Shown: positions 44,707 to 57,300, counted from the first letter of the stretch. The stretch: DNA of 64,000 nucleotides from Paramoeba atlantica (GCA_977017575.1 CDRNVI010000083.1:186001-250000), one strand, 5' to 3'. The notes: generated by a model from the letters alone, not told the origin. A program made the numbers and translations.

Positions 44707-47619
44707 TTAAAGATACAACGAGGAGGCGAACACAATATCACGCTTTATCATCTGAATGCCAAGCATCATTTTATCGTGTATGAGCTCAGAACCTACGGCC
44801 GGGGATCGAGCGGCGGACGCCAACTGCCGCAACAACTCCTCAAGTCGCCGCATCATTCGCACAATGTCCCCCTCATAGGCATCTGTGCTGTTGACGACAT
44901 CTATAAACTTGCACCCTTTCGCCCACTTGTACGTAACTTCAATAAGAGAGGGCTTAATTTTTTCTGCTCCAGTGTTGGGAGACCCGTCAGCTGAGGTCTC
45001 AGACAAGAGACCCGCATCTTGACATACTTTATGGATACGTGCATTCACGTCGTAGAGCTGACGCAGTGTTTGGTGAAATTTCTCTTCTGGGTCAAAGTTG
45101 TCTGGCGTCTTGTGCACATTCACTAGACAACTTAAGAGAGCAACAATCATTTCAGTTTCCATGTCGTTAAAGATACCACGAAAGAGAAGCTCGGTGAGGA
45201 GAAGCTCGTCTTGGTCGGTGGTGGTGATCTCGCATGCAATGCGTCCCTTTCGCAAAAGCAGATTATTCTCATCAAGATAGTCCAACCGGCGCAGAACACG
45301 CATCATTTTGTGAAGCTCTTCGGTGAGAACTACATGTTTGAGTTGATTTAGATCACTTTGCAACTGCTGTATGTCCATCTCGATGGATTTCTTCAACTCG
45401 AATGCCCGATACGAGGTCACCAGAGCTTCAGATATTTTTCCCTCTCCTGCTGCCAGAGGATTCTTTGCCAGCTGCGCTTCGAGCTTTGAGATACGCTCGC
45501 ATACAGTGTACATTTTCCTATCGGAAATTTTCATCTCCCCAACAGGATCAAGAATTGGCAACTCACCTTTGTATCTCGCAACTACTTTCTTGAGATTACG
45601 ATGCTGCTTCTGACGTTCTTCTAGCGGAAAGCTCGCGTCTTCGGGCATTTTAACGCGAAGCTTGGTAACCTGCGCTATGTCGCCCAGGTCAAATGCCACT
45701 TTCATGAACTCCGTCGGTTCCGATTCCTGGCCTGTAGGGAACGACGCTGGCTCGGGAAAAGCTCCAGATTGATCACTGCGCGCGTCCACCAAAACCTCCA
45801 CGGAATACGAGGTGGGGAGCGATCGGTCGGAAGTCGGTGTGCGGAGCTGACACCCGACAACAATACCAAAGCTGTAATCCGTATTGGGCACTACACTGCG
45901 ACGCACAATCTCAACCACACGACCACGTTGCAGGTAGGGTATGATGTGTGCAGGTTGGATAAGTATCTCATGTTTTTGTTCGCGAAGTTTGTGGAGCACT
46001 TTTTGCGCAGTCCAGTACTGCTCACACACGGCTGGCTGTTCAATACGAAGGGTCTCCATCTTCCGCTGCGCCTCCTCCAATTTCCCCTCAACCACGGGAC
46101 GGTTCCCCTCCTGTTGAAATTGGTAAAAGGATCGCATCATCATGTAGGTCGGATCCGCGTCCTCTACCCGTAGCAGGTTGAGCACCATGTTGTAGGTGAG
46201 GTAGAAGGTGCTGTTGAGCTTGTCAGCCTGTCCACTTACCATAGACCGGAACAGTCCCACCTCCACGGGCTCATCCATTAACACGACCACGACGCCGTTG
46301 CGGTCAAGCCCTCGACGTCCCGCGCGACCACTCATTTGGATGTACTCCCCGCTGGTAAGAAACCGCTTCTCGGAGCCGTCGAATTTCCGCACGCTGGAGA
46401 ACACCACCGTGCGGGCCGGCATATTGAGTCCCATGCTGAACGTCTCGGTGCTAAACAGACACTTGACGAGCCCTGCCTGGAAGAGAAGCTCCACGACCTC
46501 CTTGAGCACAGGGAGCAGCCCGCTGTGGTGAATCCCCACCCCACGCTGGAGCAGCGGGAGGAGATGCTGTACTGCGGGGAGTCGCCGGTCATCCTCACTG
46601 AGACTGTCCATGGCGTTAGTATAGGTCTCGGTGACAAACGCCTCCTCCTGCTCCGTGTTGAATGTTTTCTTGGCGAGTGCCAGCGCCAGGGTCTCACACT
46701 CCGCCTTGGCAAACACAAACACAATACACGGGTGCATGTCGTTTTGGATGATGTGCGTCATGACCTGCATGACCTGGACGTTCATATTCCGGGAGTTTTC
46801 CGCGGGACCGCGCCCTCTTCGGCCGCGGGACTCACCCGTGGGGTCGGGACCGGCCGTGTTCTCCTCGGCCTGTGTGAAGACACTCATCGCTCGGGTATAG
46901 TTCTCCTCTACGAATTTATTCGCGTCCACAATCAACGTAAGCCCGGACCCCCCCTGCGGGAACAGATAATGCCGCAGCGGAACGGGACGCTTATCGGTGT
47001 GCACCACATGACACGTCAACCCGGGGTGGATGGACATTACCCACGCCGCGAACTGGGGACCATTCGGAATCGTCGCACTTAAAAACACATACTGGCACTT
47101 CTCCGGGAGCAGGATAATCGTCTCCTCCCACACCACCCCGCGGCTCTTGTCCCGCATGTAGTGGACCTCATCGAACACCACGCACCCCACCTCGCGCAGC
47201 ATCTCCGTCCCGCGGTACAGCATACTCCGCAGAATCTCTGTCGTCATGACGAGACAGTCCGCGCTGGGCTTCACCGTCGTGTCCCCCGTCATCAGCCCCA
47301 CGCTCTCGAACGTGTCGCTGAACTCGCGGAACTTCTGGTTCGAGAGGGCCTTGATCGGGGAGGTGTAGATCACGCGGCGCCGGGCCCGCAGGTGCATCGC
47401 GATCGCGTACGTCGCGACGGTCGTCTTGCCCGCGGAGGTGTGGGCGGAGACCAGCACGCTGTCGCCGCGCTCCAGGTGCGCGATGGAGTCCTGCTGGAAC
47501 GGGTCCAGGGGGTAGGGGAACGTGAAGGCGGGGGTGGGGGCGGCAGCGCGCTGGGGGGGAACAGGGGGGGCCGGGGAGGTTGTGGGGTGGCAGAGGGCGT
47601 CGACTTCTGTGGTACTCAT
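44707..47619 (-). CDS. MTR4: DExH RNA helicase MTR4
   Basis: AHTSAGKT, YTSPIKALSNQK, DEVHYM, LSATIPN, TETFSMGLN, YIQMSGRAGRRG, IVFASSLYL. Likely start is ATG 47619, after a pyrimidine tract. Confidence 0.95.
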   Translation of the reverse strand: MSTTEVDALCHPTTSPAPPVPPQRAAAPTPAFTFPYPLDPFQQDSIAHLERGDSVLVSAHTSAGKTTVATYAIAMHLRARRRVIYTSPIKALSNQKFREFSDTFESVGLMTGDTTVKPSADCLVMTTEILRSMLYRGTEMLREVGCVVFDEVHYMRDKSRGVVWEETIILLPEKCQYVFLSATIPNGPQFAAWVMSIHPGLTCHVVHTDKRPVPLRHYLFPQGGSGLTLIVDANKFVEENYTRAMSVFTQAEENTAGPDPTGESRGRRGRGPAENSRNMNVQVMQVMTHIIQNDMHPCIVFVFAKAECETLALALAKKTFNTEQEEAFVTETYTNAMDSLSEDDRRLPAVQHLLPLLQRGVGIHHSGLLPVLKEVVELLFQAGLVKCLFSTETFSMGLNMPARTVVFSSVRKFDGSEKRFLTSGEYIQMSGRAGRRGLDRNGVVVVLMDEPVEVGLFRSMVSGQADKLNSTFYLTYNMVLNLLRVEDADPTYMMMRSFYQFQQEGNRPVVEGKLEEAQRKMETLRIEQPAVCEQYWTAQKVLHKLREQKHEILIQPAHIIPYLQRGRVVEIVRRSVVPNTDYSFGIVVGCQLRTPTSDRSLPTSYSVEVLVDARSDQSGAFPEPASFPTGQESEPTEFMKVAFDLGDIAQVTKLRVKMPEDASFPLEERQKQHRNLKKVVARYKGELPILDPVGEMKISDRKMYTVCERISKLEAQLAKNPLAAGEGKISEALVTSYRAFELKKSIEMDIQQLQSDLNQLKHVVLTEELHKMMRVLRRLDYLDENNLLLRKGRIACEITTTDQDELLLTELLFRGIFNDMETEMIVALLSCLVNVHKTPDNFDPEEKFHQTLRQLYDVNARIHKVCQDAGLLSETSADGSPNTGAEKIKPSLIEVTYKWAKGCKFIDVVNSTDAYEGDIVRMMRRLEELLRQLASAARSPAVGSELIHDKMMLGIQMIKRDIVFASSLYL

Positions 47620-47900
47620 GGAAGAAAGGAGGGAAGGAAAGGAAAGGAAGAAAAAATATAGGAAAGAGTAAAGAGGGGAGCAGATGCATAATAAAGATTC
47701 AGAAAAGAAAAGCTTACCCATTTCGATCATATCCATCAGATTATGATTTTTTTGTACATCGTAAATTACGGGGTCAAAATATTTGGACACACGAGACATT
47801 TACACGGCGAGACATTTGCTCCATCACAGCTACACGTTGCGTAGCTGTAGGAAGAGGGCGAAACAAACAAACTCTGAAAGCTAATCCAAACCACATATTC

Positions 47901-48116
47901 CTAAATAACGTTCGACCTGCCGTCCATAATGGAAGGCTTCACAAGGGCTGGATCCATGATTTGATCATACGTGATCATACCGGCTACAATAATAAGCGCC
48001 ATCCAGGTGGAATGTGCCTGCTTCGTAAATTCGACGTTGTAGTACTGCTGACGATGCCCCATAGCTGCGGGGTCCCGCCGTTTCATGTAACAAAGAAGGC
48101 GGGCAAAACGCCCCAT
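47901..48116 (-). CDS. Small single-TM hypothetical protein (71 aa)
   Basis: Co-oriented ORF between RPS4 and MTR4, preceded by a pyrimidine tract; one hydrophobic helix (TWMALIIVAGMITY). Confidence 0.55.
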   Translation of the reverse strand: MGRFARLLCYMKRRDPAAMGHRQQYYNVEFTKQAHSTWMALIIVAGMITYDQIMDPALVKPSIMDGRSNVI

Positions 48117-48342
48117 GAATCGTGGTGAAAAGTATAGGGGAAAGAAATAGGAAGACACACCAATAAACGAATAAAAGATACCACAAAAATATACAACCCA
48201 GCACAATAAGATGGTTCCAACCCTAACTACTTTTTTTACATGTATCCGATTTATTTCAACTTCATTTCCATGCACGAACTTTTTCTTTTACATTCCCACA
48301 CTTTCCTTCACTTTCTCTTCCCTTCCTTCTTCCGTTCCTCCA

Positions 48343-49137
48343 TTACACCTTCCCCGCGGCCTTCTTCAACTTCGCCTCCCTCTCCGTGATCACGTTCGCC
48401 CGCACCCCTTCCCCCTTCGGCAGCCCCACCAACGCGTCCCCCTCCCCCTTCCCAATCACAAACACGTTCGCCTCCCGGGTCGCGAACGTGTTCTCCGCCT
48501 TGTCCCGGATGTGGACAATGTTAAACGACCCGGGGTGTTTCTCCACGTCCACCACCACCCCCACCCGCCCCATGTTCTTCCCCCCCGTCGTCATCACCAG
48601 CGTCCCGGGGCGGAACTTGGCGAACCCCGTGATCTTCTGCGTGCTCGTGTCCAGCACCACCGTGTCCCCGGCCGCGATGCTGGGGTGGGGGTAGCGCAGG
48701 GTACGGCCGTCGTGGGTGACGAGCGCGGGGACGCGGTTGCTCTGCGTCACCCGCCGCACCACCTTGCACAGCTTCGTGACCCCCTCTGCGGGATCGACCC
48801 GGACCAGCGCGAACCGCCCCTTCTGGTCGAGCAGGATGCGGAACAGGTCCTTGGTCTTCGGGATCTGCAGCACGTCCATGAACCCGCAGGGGTACTTCGG
48901 GTCAATGCGCACCCGGCCGTCGACCTTCACGTTGCGCTGCCGCAGGATGAATTGCGTCTCCCGGGCATTCAGCGCGTACTTGAGTCGGTTGCGGAGGAGC
49001 ACGACCAGGGGGATGCACTCACGGAGCTTGTGGGGCCCCGCACGGGGTCGGGGGGCGTAGACCCCTTTGAGTTTGGATAACATCCAGCTGCGGGGGGCAT
49101 AGAGCCGTTTCAGGTGTTTCTTCGGGCCTCGGGCCAT
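48343..49137 (-). CDS. RPS4: 40S ribosomal protein S4 (eS4)
   Basis: MARGPKKHLKRLYAP...GPHKLREC...RNRLKYAL...YPCGFMDV...GGKNMGRVG. Confidence 0.98.
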   Translation of the reverse strand: MARGPKKHLKRLYAPRSWMLSKLKGVYAPRPRAGPHKLRECIPLVVLLRNRLKYALNARETQFILRQRNVKVDGRVRIDPKYPCGFMDVLQIPKTKDLFRILLDQKGRFALVRVDPAEGVTKLCKVVRRVTQSNRVPALVTHDGRTLRYPHPSIAAGDTVVLDTSTQKITGFAKFRPGTLVMTTGGKNMGRVGVVVDVEKHPGSFNIVHIRDKAENTFATREANVFVIGKGEGDALVGLPKGEGVRANVITEREAKLKKAAGKV

Positions 49138-49294
49138 GGGAGAGGATGCGTTTAAAGAAGAGTATGGAAATTTGAGAGCAGAAATAAATTTTGTGTTTGG
49201 AAGGATATTCTCTTGTTCTGGTCGTACAAAAAAAAGAGATTCACTTGACAAGCCATCAGTAACGTAAATAAAAAATAAATAAGAAAAGAAAGCT

Positions 49295-50401
49295 TCAAAG
49301 TCGAAATAGCTTAATTGTGTTGGCACGCACAGTCAACTTAAACGAGTCAAGACCTCTTGTTATCTCACTAACGGCACATTTGGTACCTTGTGGGGAAGTT
49401 TGCGTCGCCTGATCCGTACGAACACGGGGTCCCGAATTTCGTATGGAGTATGCGGCCTCACATACTTGAGACAGTGTAGAGGGTTCATTTCGTCTTTTCA
49501 TGATGGTACGCGATAGAAACTGGAGTCGCTCTAGCAGGACCTCGAAGCTTTTTATAGTTGTTAGACCTCGTATCTCTTGTAGGTAATGCTCCTTTTTTAA
49601 TGATCTGAAAAAAGTGGAGACACCACCGTAGGAAGCATGAGAAGGACGGATTTCACAGTAAGGGGAATCTGTCTCCAACAAAAGCCGATCGAGCGGTATC
49701 TGTGATACAACGGCGCAATTTTCCTCCGTCTTCATCGAGCACCCGTTCACTCCGATATATAGCCCCAGATTTACAAGTTGCTTCATTTCCTCCAGCCCCC
49801 CTGTGAAGGAGTGAACCACACCTCCCGCGCTCAAGGAAGGCATTTCCCGTTCCATAATACGCACGAAGTCGCCACCCGTGTTGCGGTTGTGCAAAAACAA
49901 TGGGAGATCGAATTCCCGAGCCAAATCGAAGTGGGGAGGGAAAACTTTGTGCTGTACATCAATTGGACAATACCCCGTACGATCGTAGTCGAGTCCACAT
50001 TCTCCCACCGCAACAACAACGTCTCGGTTTTCCGCGATAAGCTGACGCAAGCGTTCGAAGTACTTTTGATGTGTGACCTCTGTAGCGCGACAGGGGTGAC
50101 AGCCTACAGTGGCCCGTAATCGAATTCGACGAAGATCCTTTTCAATGTCATCCACGGAGTTGCTTGCGTCAAAAACAGGAAAAGATTTCCCGTCATAACT
50201 TTTGGCAAGAGCAATCGCCTTAACACTATCTTCCTCGCTTCCACCGGTAAGAATCAAATCAGTAACGCCCACACGAGCACATCGGTGCAGCACCCATTCC
50301 ATATCCGAGTAGGGGATGTGATGTAACAAGCAAGGTCCCGGTTTGAACAGTGCTTCTGAAAGAAAGGAATCATCTACTAAATTTGCCCCAATGTCAATCA
50401 T
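49295..50401 (-). CDS. TatD-family DNase
   Basis: MIDIGANL, TVGCHP, AVGECGLDYDR, PLFLHNR, VVHSFTG, LLLETDSPY. Confidence 0.93.
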   Translation of the reverse strand: MIDIGANLVDDSFLSEALFKPGPCLLHHIPYSDMEWVLHRCARVGVTDLILTGGSEEDSVKAIALAKSYDGKSFPVFDASNSVDDIEKDLRRIRLRATVGCHPCRATEVTHQKYFERLRQLIAENRDVVVAVGECGLDYDRTGYCPIDVQHKVFPPHFDLAREFDLPLFLHNRNTGGDFVRIMEREMPSLSAGGVVHSFTGGLEEMKQLVNLGLYIGVNGCSMKTEENCAVVSQIPLDRLLLETDSPYCEIRPSHASYGGVSTFFRSLKKEHYLQEIRGLTTIKSFEVLLERLQFLSRTIMKRRNEPSTLSQVCEAAYSIRNSGPRVRTDQATQTSPQGTKCAVSEITRGLDSFKLTVRANTIKLFRL

Positions 50402-50483
50402 CTGTCAAAACAGCTTAATTTTGAACCGCAACATATTTCAAAGAAGTACTTGGTAAGCATCCAAATGTTACACAGTAGAAAAA

Positions 50484-53300
50484 AATGCGGCGGTTGTATA
50501 ACTACCGCTCTACCCTCGATTATTAAAAATACGTGAACAAAAACAGTGAAAATATAAAGGGGAACACAGTAATAAAATAATAGAAGATAAAAACAGGGTT
50601 CGCAGAAACTATAATATAGTAAAATATAGTTTTTTTCATTGAATATAGTTACTATATAGTACTATATTTACTATATTTTACTATAAAACTATAAGAAAAC
50701 TATAAAGTTTTTTTCACTTTACAAGTGATATTTTTTGAGTCCTCTCCGCTTGTGAAGGACACACACACGCCTCTACATGCGTTCTTACACGCTTGCATAC
50801 GTATGATATGACAAGAAATTCTGAAAAAAATGTAACCCAAGATAAAGTGGACGAGGGAGATACTAAAAGCACCTTTGGCAAACCACCATAAAAATGGAAG
50901 GGTATGTCCCTTAAAGATTCTTTTGGCACGTCGGAATCCTTTACAAACCGGGAGATATCATTCCATTTTTGTGGTGGTTTAAAGGTGCTTTTAGAACCTC
51001 CCTCGTCCACTTTATCCGGGGTTACATAGCTATCGAAACATCCTCCCTCTTCCCCGAGATTACATCACCGCCGAAAAATATCATCAACTAGTGTGTCATC
51101 TCCTCGGAAATAGCAATGAAACGCATGCGAAAGGAGTGACGATAGGAAGTACAAACTCTCCACTCGACAACACACCGCGTAATTTATTCAGACTCATATG
51201 ATTGTATTTATTCAAACTCATAGAATTGTGAGCAGCAGTTATTCAGTCCCAAGACATAACGTCGGTGGCTCCAGCCAACGCGCGGTGACAGCGATGCAGT
51301 GAGAAGATGTTCGGGACGCAAGATTCGCACAAGGCAATCTGTCAAGACCACGCGATTTCTTTATCATAAAAATATAAAAGGGGGCCCCGGTGGTCTAAAA
51401 TTGAACAAAATATTGAAAAAAATGGGGGGTTCAGGGGGGGGTCCAGGGGGGGCATACCACACGATTTTTTTAAAATTATTTTTTAATTAGTCCCGCAGAA
51501 GGGGTAGCCAGCGTCTTGGCGCGTATTTTCCACCCCCCTACCCGGGAATGTGGTAGGGAAGTGGTAGAGTATGCCGCGGCGATAATTTTTCACTCTCCCA
51601 CCTGGGGGTTCACCTCCCTGGTACGCGCAGGAGGGGTCCGACAAGTTCGAAAATTCCGAAATTTTTGGGCTGACCCTCCAAAAAAAATTGACCAGAAAAG
51701 GAAAAATATTATTTTTCCAAACTCTACTACTAAAACGTTTTTTAAGAGTTTGGGACCCCAGCTAACATTCTACGACGTTTTTTTCGATAGATTCGCCTCC
51801 TACCCCTACTGGTAAGGCATGAAAAACGGCCCAAATATGTGGTAAAATTTATCAATTTTCGCCAAGGACTCGAGCTTTTTCACCCAAAAAAATTGATTAT
51901 TATTCATAATGTTTTGGCAATTTTTCTTTTTTAGTGGCTTCCTTCTGCCAGGGACCCCTTTAACGAAGCCACTGAAAAAATATTGCAGTGGTTGTAAACT
52001 ACCGCTCTACCCGCTGGTTAATGCGGTGGTTGTATAACTACCGCTCTACGCTCGATTATTGCAAAATAAAAACAGTTAAAATATACAGAGGAACACAGTA
52101 CTAAACCCCCGTCCGGGTTAATATACCCCCCAGTACAATAACTAGCTATAGGTACAATACGTAGCTATAGGTACAATAAAAATTCCGAAAAATAACGAAA
52201 ATAGTGCAAAATGTCTTCGCTGGTAAAAATGGTAAAATTGTAATCAAATTTAAGAAGAAAATCAGTAAAAAGGCAAAAAAAATTGGCTCACTCTTTTGCG
52301 CAGGGGGGTACAATAAAACCAAGCGTTCCCACTTATTGTACCCCCCCCCCCCCGGTACAATAGCGAGCTACAGGTACATTAAACCGGAACGGGGTTTATA
52401 ATAAAGGAAAAAAATATAAAAGGGGGCTCCGGTGGCCCAATTTTGAAAAACTAAAAAAATGGGGGGTCTAGGGGGGGTCCATGGGGGGGGTATACGTCGC
52501 GACCCCCCATGGGTGTCCATGGGGGGGTCTATGGGGGGATCCAGGGGGGGGCATACCGCACGAAATAGGGAGCAAACATAGCTAAAAATCACCCCATTTT
52601 TACCCGAAAATCGACTATTTTTTGCTATAATCTTTCCGTTTTCTTCGGCTTTCCAGGCCAAATTTTCTTTTTTAGGCTCTTGGTTAAACGCGGTGGTAGT
52701 TTTCAACGCGAAGGGCGCAGCATGAGTGACTTCTAAGTTGAAAACAACCACCGCGTCTAACGAAGAGCCTAATTTACTACCGCTCTACCCTCGATTACTG
52801 AAAAAAAAGTGAACAAAAACAGTGAAGATGCGTCATGGTTACATTATGCATTTTAAGGATGCGAGTTTTATGCGTTATATTATAACGCATAAATAATATA
52901 ATTTTTTACCCCTTATAATATATGGGTGCTCGTGCCTACCGCTCTACCCTCGATTGTTGAAAAAAGGTGAACAAAAACAGTAAAAATATAAAGAGGAACA
53001 CAGTAATGTAATAGAAGAAAAAAATATCCAAGGGGGCCCCGGTGGTCCGAAACTGAAAAAAAATTGAAAAAAATGGGGGGTCCATTGGGGCGGGTCCGTG
53101 GGGGGGCGTCCATGGGGGGGTCCAGGGTGGGCATGCGTCGCGATTTTTTTCCGATTTTTTTGCTTTTCAAAATCGAGCGCCGGGAAGTGGTAGAGTATGC
53201 CGCGGCGATGGGTACGCGCAGGGGGGGGTCCGATAAGGTGAAATTTTCCGATTTTTTTTGGATGACCAAAACGTTTCTTTTTTTTGACCCAACACACAAC
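50484..53300 (+). repeat. Cluster of partial and tandem HINE-like copies
   Basis: Heads at about 50484, 51981, 52019, about 52776 (truncated) and about 52937 (truncated); full palindrome at about 52674-52772. Confidence 0.8.
52104..52396. mobile_element. TA-flanked MITE inserted in a HINE-like copy
   Basis: Ends AACCCCCGTCCGGGTTAAT / ATTAAACCGGAACGGGGTT, TA on both sides, internal TAGCTATAGGTACAATA repeats. Confidence 0.7.
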
Positions 53301-53399
53301 ACAATAAAGACACTGATATTGAAATATCAGTTAACGGATTTGTAGCTCATACTAGTAACGAAACATACAAAAATACAATATCACCTAGAATTTGCGCGG

Positions 53400-54354
53400 T
53401 GAAGCACCTTCCACAGCCCTGTCATCCATGTATCCTAGTTACTTTCCTTGGAAATGCCTCTTTAGGGCGAATGTGTCTTCCAGCAACTCGCCTTCATATT
53501 CATTTGACCTTCTGACCTGTTGGCTCTATACCTCTGTTTTTGCCTAGGGCACAGAGCGAGACGCGTTGTTAATTCAAAACCTTGTTTACGCAACCAGTGT
53601 ATATAAAAAGGGTATGTATATTTTGAAAAGAAAGAAAATAATAATGAGCCCATTCAAACACCTCCCTATGCATGAAAATTCAGTCCTCATTTGTTCAATC
53701 AGAACTCCTCGTAGATTTTTGTGTTGTACATTCCTCCTCACAATGTAATCGTTTAATTTGTGGAGTGCGCGTCGTAACTGTAGGTACGAAAACCTTGGTT
53801 TTACGTTGTACACGTTGTTTTTCATTATTCTGGAGCCTTTTTGGGCAAACTTTCTCATTGGATCTTGTTTGCTTGGCCTTTGATCGAGCACGTTTGTGCG
53901 TTTCTGATTTAGAATTTCTACTATTTGATTCCTTCGCGGATCTATTTATTGGTTGTACGGGGCTGGGGTTTATGTCTTTGGCCGTAACCTGTGGGAGCGC
54001 GAAAGCTGGCAAAGTGCGTTTTTGCAAAGTTTTAATTTTCTTATCAGTACTCAATGGAATGGGGTCTCTCCTTTTCGTGTGTGATTTATCATCAAAGCCA
54101 CGGTAACAGAAGGAGCAATTTTCTTCAACTTGTTGCGAGGCGCGTTTCGCAAGCCAATCCGATGTGGCATTGTGCGGATTACCTTCATGACCCCTGACTT
54201 TAATGCAGTAAATATTATGATTCTCCTCTATCTGAAAGCAAATCCGGGTTATTTTTGATAAAAGTTCCGAATTTTCGAATGACTGAAATCCGATTAAAGA
54301 AAACCTCTTCCGAATTACGTGAAAGAAGTCCCAGACACTGTTTTTTTGACCCAA
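53400..54354 (-). pseudogene. Retroelement-like relic with RNase H C-terminal motif (possibly ingi-clade)
   Basis: KVRGHEGNPHNATSDWLAKRA (54139-54201) matches RNase HI V.GH.G...N..AD.LAK.A; a downstream frame has EQMRTEFSC (LRTG-like). No RT seen. Confidence 0.5.
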
Positions 54355-57300
54355 AAAACAGTAAATATACTATTTTTCCAAAATCGACTCCTAAAGCGTA
54401 TTTTAGGAGTTTGGGAGCTCAGCTGTATGCTGAAGATTAAAAGAAATCATTTCGAAGGTGATAATTTCCTATTTTTGCATGAACATGATACTGTGATCCC
54501 CCTTTTATACTTTGTTTTTCGTGCGCCCCCCGAAGGGGGGACGATTTTATTTTTAATTTCGTAAATTTTCTAACCTTAGAAAAAGGAGCCTCTAAGTCTT
54601 CCCTTCTAGAAAGGGAAAGTGATATAAAAGGAAAGACGAGAACTGGATGAGCCGCGCCGAGAAATGGCGCGGCCTTTTTACAGCGGGGAAAAAAATTCGG
54701 ACCCTACCCTTTATACTTCGTTACTGCTCAAAATGGGCGAAGTATAAAGGAGGGGGGATCACAGCACCGCAAAAATTGAATGAAAAAAAATAAAAAAATA
54801 AAATTGGCGCTTCGAGGCAGGGTATATTCTCTTCAAAAGCAACGCTAATAGGGGGGGGGTACCGGGGCAACGCTAGGATAGGGGGGATAGTAAGTAGTAA
54901 TCCAGGGATGGGGGGAGATGGGGAATCATCTGGAGCGTTAACGTTTTCTGGAAGAGAGAGAGAGATGAAGGGAAGTTAACGGAAGGGTTACCATTTTCGA
55001 AAGGGGAAGAGATGAAAGGGATTGGCTGGGCTGGTTAGTAATCATACCTGCCCGCAATCGGCTCCTACTTCGGAGAACCATCAGTAAAAAATGAGTCAAA
55101 TATTGTGTAACAAGATGTAGCAAGGTGCTCGTAGGACGTATAGTACATTATACTAGAAAATGAAAAAATGAAAAAAAAATACGCCGCCGCTTCGCGGCGC
55201 CCCGTGTCCAAGGTTTTGTCAAAAAGGACAATTAAATAGGGGGGAGGGGTCGAGGGGTGACAATTAAGTAGCGGGGTACAGTAATTATAAATACGCCTCG
55301 AACTAGCACTTTTACTCCCTTGTGACTCATAATTCCTATGCCTTTCATAAGTAACTATAAATGCAACTTCGATCAATTCGATCGATAATTTTTTTGGCCT
55401 CGTATTTTTTTTGTTTTCTCTTTTTTGTTATTTCTATTTGTTTTCAGCGGCCTGTCACTACTTAATCCTTTTCAATGATGTCTCGAAAACGGTCATCGAG
55501 CGGGTCTTCCTCAATAGCCGACTTTTCCTCGGTTGGCGGTAGACCATCAAAAAGGTGGGTTGAGAAAAAGGTTCTCTTGTTTCACTCCATATTCGAAGTG
55601 AGTGAAAGTGACCGAGAGCACGCTCTGAATGAGATTCTGAAGTTCAATGAACTCATTTTTGAGCACGAATTCATTCTACGCCAAACACTTGTAGGAGCTC
55701 TAGAAACCCACTTTGGCAGTGATAGGCAATATACGGTCTGAATAATCACTAGAACGGGCTATTCTAGTAACCCGTATTTGTTTTGCATTGGGGACAATTA
55801 ATGCCAACGGGGTCCCAAGATTATGGAATCCTGTTACTGAGAGTCTTCCTTTTTCGATTCATATACTAGTAGTTTGGTGTGACGAAAAAAAACTCCAAGA
55901 GAATCGGAGGTAACTTACTCACTACCACTGGCCGAAGGCATTGGACCGCATCGAGGTTGCTGGGCGACCGATAAAGATCCGTTATACCCCCTCGAAAATG
56001 TGGCTGCAATGCAAGTATCGCATCCAGCACTCCGAAAGCGTACGTTTACTCGAGAGGCTTCTTACTCGAGACGAGTTCTTACACGCTTACATACAGGGGT
56101 GAAAACTTCCATCTGGGGGGGGTCTAAAATTTACAAAAAAAATTCAATTTCGGAAATTAATAGCGCATTGGAGAGCTCTCGCAGAGTTGTATGTCTTTGC
56201 ACTGGTAGCTTTTAATATATCAAATTAGAATTATAAATACCGAATATAATAATATTTTGGAATAATAAAAAACGCGGGGTATATAAGGTTAGTGACCAAG
56301 TGTTGGAGGACATAATGCCCGAAAACTGAGATCTGTAAAATGCCACTGAAATTACCTCAAACAAGCAAAAGTGACCCCCAAACAATAAGTACTCCACAAA
56401 CAATAAGTGACCCCCCCTTATTTTTAGCACAGGGGGCGTGGGTGGGTTATCATACCACTTTGTCGTTCAGAATTTCGAGATCTGCACGTTCCCGCTATTT
56501 CTAGCTCATTTTAAAATGTTAAAAAAATTACAAAAAAAGGAATTGTTTTTTTCGAAAAAATGCCTAAATCCGCATACCGACTGCCGAAAGGGGGGCTTAC
56601 GAATAGCGGGAAGGTTCTTTTGAGGATGAGAGACGGGCAAGGAGTCTCAAAAAAGCAATTGTCCCGCGATTTCAATGTTTCAGCTAAAATGGTAAGAAAA
56701 TATTTGAAAGAAAAAAAACCCACCCCACAGTACACAATGAGTCCCGAACGCAAAAAAAGTATTCAGTATCGAAGAGAAAAAATTAAGAAAGTTCTTGATC
56801 CTCTCGACCCCGCCGGTGTTCCAAAAGTGAATTCAGCTCGTCGAATAAAAGCAAAACTAAATAAAAGTGGCATAAAAGTGTCAAAAAATACGGTACTCAA
56901 TGATCTAGAGGCCATGGGATATAATTACGGCGCTCGGCCTTTGTGCCAAGGCCTCACGGAGCTACAAAAAATAAAAAGAGTACGATTTTCTCAAAATTGC
57001 AACATGGACACATCCAGTGTTGTGTTCACTGATGAAAAAATATTCGACACTAATGACAGTCGAAAAAATATGTGGGTAGCGCCCGGTCAAACAGCGGCCC
57101 CACGTCAAAAAGTACACTGGGCGCCGAAATGTCAAGTTTGGGGGGCTATAGGTGTAGGTTGGAGACACCTACACCCCTGGGCAGCTTCATTTACCCCCCC
57201 CCCCCCTACAGGTCTTGTATTTTGTTCGATTTCGGAAATATTTAGTATGGGACTGTTTTTCGCTCCGATCGTCTCGAATCCGCGGTCGTTTTCACTCGAG

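Noticed and set aside
47620-47799. N-terminal extension of MTR4 in the ORF track (likewise RPS4 49138-49326 and LRR 40523-40753)
   Set aside because: Translates F/S/L-rich pyrimidine tracts typical of trans-splice signals; downstream ATGs match the family starts.
25992-48769. Many long plus-strand and alternative-frame ORFs (e.g. 26975-27817, 35985-36797, 41997-42857, 46336-47082, 48211-49080)
   Set aside because: These are shadow ORFs of real minus-strand genes in high-GC patches, where stop codons are rare.
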